In this document: positions 55,041-62,265 of the stretch, piece by piece
Position numbering within the stretch: the stretch's first letter is position 1
Layout of the letters: every line of letters begins with the position of its first letter
Virus record (IMG/VR): IMGVR_UViG_3300015196_000001
Strand: one strand, 5' to 3'
DNA from: a virus
Length of the DNA: 64,000 bases
Made by a program: the position numbers and the translations under genes
The notes under the pieces: model-generated
The model's database searches: none
The model's input: only the letters and a program-made list of their open reading frames with translations
Told to the model about the DNA's origin: nothing

Positions 55041-55699
55041 AAATCTCTATCGTTAGCCTCACCCAGCCCATTGCGGGGCATGTAGCTAAGACGGCTGAAG
55101 ACCTTATTGTGTACACCGCTCGTGTCTCTTCTCCCAAGAACCAGGAGAACCTAGATACAGGAGCCAAACTACTTGCCTATTGCATCCGCAAGAAGCACTG
55201 GTCTATCTTTGACATGGCTGACATGACGGTAGAGATAAAGACAAGTCGAGCCATTAGTGCCCAGGTGTTAAGACACAAAAGCTTCTTTTTTCAAGAGTTT
55301 AGTCAAAGATATGCCGAAGTAACCGGGTTTGAAAGGTACGTAGCCCGGCGACAGGACAGTAAAAATCGTCAGAATTCTATTGATGATCTAGCACCCGAAG
55401 TCAAGGTGTGGTTCGATACTGCCCAGAAACATGTTCAGGGGCTCTCACAGGCTCTGTATGATCAATCCCTGAAGCTTGGCGTAGCCAAGGAGTGTGCACG
55501 CTTCCTACTGCCTATGGCTACCTCCACTACTTTTTACATGAAAGGATCAGTACGTTCATGGCTGACCTACTTTATGGTACGTCTAGGTGAGGAAACACAA
55601 AAAGAGCACCGTGATATAGCACTAGGTATCTGGCCCGTCTTCAAGCAACATTTTCCTGTAGTTGCTGACGCATATGAAATGCAGTATGGTGTAGTATGA
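55037..55699 (+). CDS. thyX: FAD-dependent thymidylate synthase
   Basis: TARVS, HWSIF, ThyX signature [27 protein letters not shown]. Confidence 0.95.
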   Translation: MKISIVSLTQPIAGHVAKTAEDLIVYTARVSSPKNQENLDTGAKLLAYCIRKKHWSIFDMADMTVEIKTSRAISAQVLRHKSFFFQEFSQRYAEVTGFERYVARRQDSKNRQNSIDDLAPEVKVWFDTAQKHVQGLSQALYDQSLKLGVAKECARFLLPMATSTTFYMKGSVRSWLTYFMVRLGEETQKEHRDIALGIWPVFKQHFPVVADAYEMQYGVV

Positions 55700-55965
55700 G
55701 TTATACTGCGCAAGACCACCAGCTCGACGCAGAAGAGTCATGTGTAGATAACCACAAGGCGCTCTGCTGGGGATGTGTAGAGCGCGAAGTAGTTTGGCGA
55801 AGTCATCTTGAGCACGTTGAGGTACTGCGTGCTCTACCCGGCTGGACTTGCCTTGGTTGTGGTGCTGAGATTGGTGAAGGTTACCGTCGTGTCCACGGTG
55901 ACGGTTGCTCTACCTGTCTTCCTTTATTCAAACTAATTGACGGATGGCTCAAGACCAATGTGTGA
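55696..55965 (+). CDS. Hypothetical Cys-rich protein
   Basis: CWGC, CLGC, CSTC. Confidence 0.55.
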   Translation: MSYTAQDHQLDAEESCVDNHKALCWGCVEREVVWRSHLEHVEVLRALPGWTCLGCGAEIGEGYRRVHGDGCSTCLPLFKLIDGWLKTNV

Positions 55966-56152
55966 ACTGTGCCCACCAAAAGATAAGATGCTTACCGTAC
56001 TTGAAACCCAAGCTCTACTACTCAAGTTAATCAACTATGACCTAAACGATCCACATATTATTAAGCTTACGGATCGTCTATTGGAAACAGAACCAGGACC
56101 TAATCTAGATAAAGAGTACGGTGACTGGGAAGTCAACTATCGGAGCAAGTAA
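55958..56152 (+). CDS. Hypothetical protein
   Basis: Likely start ATG 55958 (MCELCPP). Confidence 0.5.
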   Translation: MCELCPPKDKMLTVLETQALLLKLINYDLNDPHIIKLTDRLLETEPGPNLDKEYGDWEVNYRSK

Positions 56153-56153
56153 A

Positions 56154-56489
56154 ATGAACAAGAAGGATACTTTCGAGTGTACTGCGATCTTAAACAGTGC
56201 CAACCGCCTCTTCAAAAGTGGTCAACTCGGCGCAGGAGAGTATTTTAAGACATTGATGTGTCTTAACTATGCCTTTGCTGTAGACCATGACATGAGGACT
56301 GTATTGGATTTAATAGAAGTTTGCCCATTAGCATATTTCAAAACAGACTACCAGAGGCAGATAGCTGAAGATGAGCGCTTTGGTCAAATGTGCGCTATAG
56401 TTAGAGGGCAGATGGTGGTTTATGGTATGGCTGATGACGATACGGTCCCTGCCCCTACCATGCCAGCTGCAAGGCGACTAAGAAACTAG
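56154..56489 (+). CDS. Hypothetical protein
   Basis: Likely start ATG 56154 (MNKKD). Confidence 0.6.
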   Translation: MNKKDTFECTAILNSANRLFKSGQLGAGEYFKTLMCLNYAFAVDHDMRTVLDLIEVCPLAYFKTDYQRQIAEDERFGQMCAIVRGQMVVYGMADDDTVPAPTMPAARRLRN

Positions 56490-56496
56490 GTGTGTT

Positions 56497-56916
56497 ATGT
56501 CATGTACAGACTCTTCTCCATGCTTCTCTTCTGTTCTCCGTTGGGTACATAGTCCCGTTTGTCAAAACGGGACCAAAGAGGTGGGGGTACTTGGACCACC
56601 TGACTTCGATAGGGTCTTTGACGAGTCTAGCGTTAAGTTGCTCAGGCTCTACAAGGTGCCACTCATGTCTGGTAAAGGCAGAATAGTAACGGCTACCAAT
56701 CCAGTTGTGGTCAAGGACAGCTCTGGTAATCGCATCGGCTATGCTACCGTATACGCACAAGACGCCGATTTATTTGCCGATCTTTTTATCAACTATTCTA
56801 TCCCTGAACGCTTAGACCTTGAGAATGGTGAGCCGGTCTTCGCCACCCCACAGGTTTCATGGGGGAAAGTCATTGAAGTGGTGGCTGTCATTTTTGAGAA
56901 GCACTCAAGCCACTAA
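56497..56916 (+). CDS. Hypothetical protein
   Basis: 139 aa ORF filling the operon; start uncertain. Confidence 0.5.
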   Translation: MSCTDSSPCFSSVLRWVHSPVCQNGTKEVGVLGPPDFDRVFDESSVKLLRLYKVPLMSGKGRIVTATNPVVVKDSSGNRIGYATVYAQDADLFADLFINYSIPERLDLENGEPVFATPQVSWGKVIEVVAVIFEKHSSH

Positions 56917-56947
56917 GCGGTAATCTTAGGGGTAAGGAGTATACCCT

Positions 56948-57352
56948 ATGATTCTTTCATGCCGTATTTTAGATAATGTGGTCGATGTTAATAACTTTGA
57001 CTACGTTAACCAATTTGAATCCACCCAAGGCGACGCTAACACAATCTATTTTCAATTGATGGACGCCTCTGTGGACAAGGCTTCGGGGGGCTTCGTGCCG
57101 CCTGGGCGTCGTTATATGCCAGCAGTTGGAGCTACTCTTATTGTGATTGTCGATACACTCGATGACGCTAAGAAAATCAACCGCTCTGCCGTTCAGCCGT
57201 TTGCTACTCAGGATCCGTCTCTCTGGTCATTCCAGATACTAAGCACCGATCCTATTCGTGGAACCTCAAACCTTAAGCTTACATTAAGCGAGGGTTTGAA
57301 GATTACACGAGGTGTAGCTCGTACTGCTATTTCAATCTCGCCAGCACAGTAA
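56948..57352 (+). CDS. Putative virion protein (Ig/BppU-N-like)
   Basis: TQGDANTIYFQL, beta-rich; preceded by TAATCTT and an AAGGAG RBS. Confidence 0.55.
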   Translation: MILSCRILDNVVDVNNFDYVNQFESTQGDANTIYFQLMDASVDKASGGFVPPGRRYMPAVGATLIVIVDTLDDAKKINRSAVQPFATQDPSLWSFQILSTDPIRGTSNLKLTLSEGLKITRGVARTAISISPAQ

Positions 57353-57364
57353 AGGATTGACTAA

Positions 57365-58210
57365 ATGGCTATCTATACAGGTTCTAAGCTAGATATTGGG
57401 CAGCAATTCCCAGAGCACGTAATTGACACAAGTTGGCAGCGCCACGAACCTCTATTAACACCTGAGCAATTTCGTGCACGTTTTCTTTTCGGTATTCCCT
57501 TGGTTTCAAATATATCGGATCCAGTCTCTGGAAAACGTCAGGCGATGACGGACGTTCTACTCAAAGACTATATCGAGAGAGCCGTTGAAATAGCAGCAGA
57601 AGCAGTAGGTATCCACATTATGCCTGCTCAGTTGAGCGAGAAGTACCCATTCGACCGGAATTTATTTGAGTCGTTCGGGTATTTACAGCTAGAACACCGG
57701 CCCGTTTCGTCGGTTGACGCATTGTCTATTCGCCCAGCTAATAACGTAGATATCTACTCATTCCCTATGGACTTCGTGGAAGTGACCGGACTCCAGCGTG
57801 GACAGCTCAACCTTGTACCGATTGGTTCAGCCATCGGCGTGTCTTCTTCATTTCAAGGTGGAGGCGGCTCAGGCATCGGCTACCTACTTGCTTTGGCTGG
57901 TGCACGTGGCTGGATCCCAGCTTGGTGGAATGTAACGTATACCGTTGGATTTGTCGATGGCATGCTCCCTAAGCTTATTAACGAGCTGATTGGAACCATC
58001 GCCGCTATAGAGGTACTGTGCAGTCTAGCTGCTACTCATGCCAACAGTACTAGCCATTCTTTGGGTATTGACGGTATGAGCCAGAGTATCAGCTCACCGG
58101 GACCAGATGTGTATACCATTCGTACCACTCAATTATCCGATAAACGCGATAAGACGGTCCAAAAGCTTAAAGCGATCTTCGGACTGAAGATGTTCTCAGG
58201 TCATGTCTAA
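57365..58210 (+). CDS. Head completion / head-tail adaptor protein
   Basis: LLTPEQ..LFGIPL, YIERA, QL..RPVSSV, VTYTVGF, SLGIDGMSQSIS; lies downstream of MCP. Confidence 0.7.
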   Translation: MAIYTGSKLDIGQQFPEHVIDTSWQRHEPLLTPEQFRARFLFGIPLVSNISDPVSGKRQAMTDVLLKDYIERAVEIAAEAVGIHIMPAQLSEKYPFDRNLFESFGYLQLEHRPVSSVDALSIRPANNVDIYSFPMDFVEVTGLQRGQLNLVPIGSAIGVSSSFQGGGGSGIGYLLALAGARGWIPAWWNVTYTVGFVDGMLPKLINELIGTIAAIEVLCSLAATHANSTSHSLGIDGMSQSISSPGPDVYTIRTTQLSDKRDKTVQKLKAIFGLKMFSGHV

Positions 58211-61190
58211 TCAACTACCTCCAGCCCTTGGCACAGCACCCCTGAAGCCGGGGCATGTGCGGTTGTATCACCAGACTGACAAGGCAAACCTAGAGAGCAT
58301 TAGACAAAACGGATTAACCCTTGCTGCTGCTCGTGGCATAGAAGGGCCTAAAGCGATCTACGCCTCTAAAGCTCCTTTTTATGGCTCAGCAGATCGTATC
58401 CCAACGGTAGAATTTCAGGTACCTGAAAAGGACTTTAGTGCTCCGTTTGTAACCGGCGATCACTATCATAAAGTAGACCCTTCTGAATTCTTAGCTATCC
58501 ATGAACCTTGGCATGGACACGCACGCTATTTAGAGGAAGACCCTGAACAGATCCGGCTCACAATGAGTGGCGGTCACGATCATCTTTTAGACATGGAAGA
58601 TCACGCCAAGGCAATCAATTATATCAAGGGTAAATATGGAGCCCCGTTAGTCCAAAAATCAGAGGCATCTAAAGAGCGCCGTGTGTCCTCAGTAGCCGTC
58701 TTTGGTAAGGACGATCGTCTGCTTTTTGGTAAACGACGCGACTGTGGGAAGTGGACTATGCCTGGAGGGCACTGTGAGGGCAACGAAGCCCCCGAGAAGG
58801 CAGCAGTGCGGGAGATGATGGAAGAGTGCAGTCTTGTCCCAGAAGAGCTTACTTACCTTGGCGAGGCACTTGCCGGGCGAAAAGGTAATGTACGTATTTA
58901 CTCCTTTAAGGCTATTGGTAGAGGTACTCCTTCTGCACGCAATGACCCAGACCATGAGTTTTCAGAGTTTAAGTGGGTCAACGTCAAAGAGGGTCTACCA
59001 GCTGAGATAGCCAATAACCTGTACAACCACAAGGACGTAACATTACGCCTATTAGGTTTACAAGAAAGTGGTTTAACTAAGGCTGAAACCCCGATCCGCA
59101 ACTCAGGAACATTCGACCCCAGCAACCCTGATGTGACTAAATCAGAGTTAGCTGACGGCGCTGCCAGTCAGGACAAAGATCACACCAAGACTCCAGAGTT
59201 TCACGACTGGTTTAATGGATCTAAAGCTGTTCATTGGGAAAAAGATCCAGACCAACCTAAGAAATATGGGGTTACTCAGTATAGGCCTACCAATAAACCC
59301 ATAGTAGCCTTTCATGGCACTGCCAAGGACTTTAGTCAGTTTGCTGATAAGGATGCGCAAGGCCAAGGTCCTCGCAAAGAAGGACGTGGCCAAGCTCGGC
59401 ATCCGTGGGCAGGCGACTTAGGGCATTGGTTCTCAGCCCCCTCTAAGTATCTTGGAAACTATGACCCAGGTAATGCGGAGTATGTGGCGGGATCGTTTAC
59501 TGAAGACAAAGACCCCAGTGCCCCCTATAACGCTTATAAGGAAGGGGCTCGTGTGTTGCCAGTCCATCTTTCTATTAAGAATCCAGCTGAATATGGCGAA
59601 TACGAAGAGATGCACGATGAAGCCAAAGATCATCCAACTTGGAAACATTTTCGTCAGCACCTTATAGACAAAGGGCATGACGGAGTTGTCATTCGTAATA
59701 GCATGACTGACGGTAACGTTGACCGTGACGACTGGGTGGCGTTTTACCAACACCAGATCAAGAGCGCTATAGGCAACTCAGGCACCTTTAACCCAAACGA
59801 CCCCCATATCGGTAAGTCTGAATTACTCAAGATGGCTATTGCTGACATTAAGCCGGGTGAAGAGTCAGGGTGGGGTGATGTTAAGACACCGGAGTATGTA
59901 CGTAGAAAGATTGCACGTGGCAAGCTCGACACCTCTGTATTTAACTATGATCATGTGCTTTCACCAGAGGAACGAGCTAAGGGTTACAACATAAGAGCCA
60001 CCACAATGCCAATTCACGATGGTTGGGCATATGGTCACGAATTATACACTTACCTGTTCCATCACAACCACCACGTAGGTGAAATAGGTGGCGAAATTCG
60101 TACAGACCATAACGTAGACTGCCTGCAACCATTGGACTGCACGAGCCCGAAGAGGCCGAGCCTGTCCGCTACTCGCCCGACCCGTCGGTGCTATAGTGTG
60201 TTAGATATTGGTTTAGCTGATGTAAGAGAAGAGCATAGAGGTAAGGGCCTTGGTTTACATCTTTACGAAGCAGCCATGGCCCACGCTAAGCACTATCATG
60301 GTGCCAAGAAAGTAGTTGGTAGTCACCACTCAACGTTTGCTCACCGTGCTCACGAGAAGGTGTCTGCACGACACGGGATGAGCTACTCAGCAGAGCTTCT
60401 TCCATGGTCAAAGGATAACAAGGTAGGCCCCTATGATAATAGATATGGAGACTACGAGTACAAGATCAAGAGCGAAGAAGAGGACGAGCCAGTTGATGCA
60501 AATCACTTTGAGGGGGACGGCGAAGTAACCCGCATGCTAAAACACCCTGTTCCTGCTGAACGACGTATGGCTCTTAAGCTTAACCACGTTCGCCACGACC
60601 ACATTTCTACTGCACTACGCGATAGTCATTTTGGCGTAAGGACAGATGCGGTAAAGCATCCCCTTTTTAATACAGAGCACGTAGACGAAGTATTCGATAG
60701 TGGAGACAATGCACAGAAGGCAGACGCCTTGCTTTCCCCTCATGTACGCAGTGAACACCTAGATCGAGCCTGGGCTTCTGAAGACGAAGGGCTGCGAGAT
60801 ATTGTAGCAGAGCACCCCAAGCTTACTGACGGTCATATACTCAAGTTCTACCATGAAGCAAATTTGGATGACGCACGTAAGGTACAACTCCTACGCCATG
60901 CCAACATTACACCGGACGTAGTTAACAGTATTTACAAAGAAGGTATCGAACATGTCGTCCATGGTGGAACAAACTATCCTATTTTGCATACGTTATCACA
61001 TCCTGCGCTGGGCATGGAACATTTACTTGATGCACTTCATTCTCCTGACCCGCGTCTTCACTTAAATGCTGTGCGCAATCCAATGGTGCCACAAGAGGAG
61101 CTGGAAGGGCTTCTGATTGAAGACTCAACCAGCCGTGAGCTACGTAATTTGGTATTAGAGCACAAGAATTTGGGTGGTTCAAATGGATAA
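58203..61190 (+). CDS. Polyvalent protein: ART-like + NUDIX + ART-PolyVal-like + GNAT + HEAT/LRV repeats
   Basis: LYHQT..SIRQNGL..IYAS; Nudix box GGHCEGNEAPEKAAVREMMEECSL; EFHDWF..FHGT..VHLSIKNP..GHDGV..QIKSAIGNSGTF; EHRGKGLG; ALxD/KHP helical repeats. Confidence 0.82.
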   Translation: MSNQLPPALGTAPLKPGHVRLYHQTDKANLESIRQNGLTLAAARGIEGPKAIYASKAPFYGSADRIPTVEFQVPEKDFSAPFVTGDHYHKVDPSEFLAIHEPWHGHARYLEEDPEQIRLTMSGGHDHLLDMEDHAKAINYIKGKYGAPLVQKSEASKERRVSSVAVFGKDDRLLFGKRRDCGKWTMPGGHCEGNEAPEKAAVREMMEECSLVPEELTYLGEALAGRKGNVRIYSFKAIGRGTPSARNDPDHEFSEFKWVNVKEGLPAEIANNLYNHKDVTLRLLGLQESGLTKAETPIRNSGTFDPSNPDVTKSELADGAASQDKDHTKTPEFHDWFNGSKAVHWEKDPDQPKKYGVTQYRPTNKPIVAFHGTAKDFSQFADKDAQGQGPRKEGRGQARHPWAGDLGHWFSAPSKYLGNYDPGNAEYVAGSFTEDKDPSAPYNAYKEGARVLPVHLSIKNPAEYGEYEEMHDEAKDHPTWKHFRQHLIDKGHDGVVIRNSMTDGNVDRDDWVAFYQHQIKSAIGNSGTFNPNDPHIGKSELLKMAIADIKPGEESGWGDVKTPEYVRRKIARGKLDTSVFNYDHVLSPEERAKGYNIRATTMPIHDGWAYGHELYTYLFHHNHHVGEIGGEIRTDHNVDCLQPLDCTSPKRPSLSATRPTRRCYSVLDIGLADVREEHRGKGLGLHLYEAAMAHAKHYHGAKKVVGSHHSTFAHRAHEKVSARHGMSYSAELLPWSKDNKVGPYDNRYGDYEYKIKSEEEDEPVDANHFEGDGEVTRMLKHPVPAERRMALKLNHVRHDHISTALRDSHFGVRTDAVKHPLFNTEHVDEVFDSGDNAQKADALLSPHVRSEHLDRAWASEDEGLRDIVAEHPKLTDGHILKFYHEANLDDARKVQLLRHANITPDVVNSIYKEGIEHVVHGGTNYPILHTLSHPALGMEHLLDALHSPDPRLHLNAVRNPMVPQEELEGLLIEDSTSRELRNLVLEHKNLGGSNG

Positions 61191-62265
61191 TCTAAACAAA
61201 GCAACCGACCCAGCTGACCTAGACGATCTAGCTTCAGCTAGCACACCAAATGGTCCATTTATAGTAGATCATAAATTCCACGTAGGTAATCACCCACCTC
61301 ACAAAGAAGCCGAAGATTTCCAAGAAAACATAGCAAAAAACCCAGAGACAGTAGAGTCACTTGCTCTGCCTAACAGGATGGAAGAAACTTCCATTAAGTC
61401 TTTGTATAAAAGCCCTAAGACTAACCAGAAGTTTCTCCTTAAGCCTTACCATGAAGCACTAAACGAGAATGTTCCTAGCCAACGCTTTCCAATTGCGGGT
61501 TGGGCTGAGCTAGCCACACAAAAGCTATTTCACGCAGGCGATATAGGCTACATGGTTCAGAAATCGCATGTCTCAGAACACCCTACTTCCAAGGGTATGA
61601 CTCCAATGGTAGTAATCGCTTTGGATAAAAAGGCAAATAGATCAATAGAGGATTTTCAGAACTATTATGGGCCTTATCCTCACCAGATGTATGACGATGC
61701 AGTCAAAATGGGGATGATGGACTTCCTCGCTAACAATAACGACCGCCATAATGAAAACGCTATGTACCATGAATCACGCACAGGATCAAAGAATATGGCT
61801 AGTCACTTACTGGCTATTGACCATGGTAGAAGCTTTGGCTACAAACGTCCTAATCGTTGGGCCTTACCTGAAAAACACCCAGTAGACTCATTGTATGCCT
61901 ATATAGCTGGCGGTGGACTCTCCGCTCACGAGTCCCTGGTGCGCCCCGATTTTGGTTGGAACCCATGGAGCAATGCTCACCTCCAGCACGGTGTTGAATG
62001 GTGGGAGAGCAATCGACAAAAGATCCGTGACGAGATGAAGAACCAGCTACAGGGAATTGTCCACCCTGAGGTAAAGGACTACATAGCACGTAACTTTGAT
62101 TTTCGTACCCAAGCCCTTGACAAGTTTGCTAAGGCTTGGCGTCTAGACCCAGAAGCAGAGCAGTATATACCATTGGTAAATCCGGCAGCTATGCGTATTC
62201 ATAGCGCACCTATGCTACCTTTCTTGCCCCCGCCACACGCCCCTGCCCAAGAAAAGGTGGCTTAA
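61183..62265 (+). CDS. PI3/PI4-kinase-like (HipA/actin-fragmin-type) protein
   Basis: Likely start ATG 61183 (MDNLNK|AT); LLKP, AELAT, DFLANNNDRHNEN, IDHGRSF. Confidence 0.8.
   Translation: MDNLNKATDPADLDDLASASTPNGPFIVDHKFHVGNHPPHKEAEDFQENIAKNPETVESLALPNRMEETSIKSLYKSPKTNQKFLLKPYHEALNENVPSQRFPIAGWAELATQKLFHAGDIGYMVQKSHVSEHPTSKGMTPMVVIALDKKANRSIEDFQNYYGPYPHQMYDDAVKMGMMDFLANNNDRHNENAMYHESRTGSKNMASHLLAIDHGRSFGYKRPNRWALPEKHPVDSLYAYIAGGGLSAHESLVRPDFGWNPWSNAHLQHGVEWWESNRQKIRDEMKNQLQGIVHPEVKDYIARNFDFRTQALDKFAKAWRLDPEAEQYIPLVNPAAMRIHSAPMLPFLPPPHAPAQEKVA

Noticed and set aside
59764-59773. GCGCTATAGG motif (similar copies near 11497, 45213 and 56392)
   Set aside because: Inside coding sequence with no obvious downstream start, so not counted as promoters; 56392 could be real.
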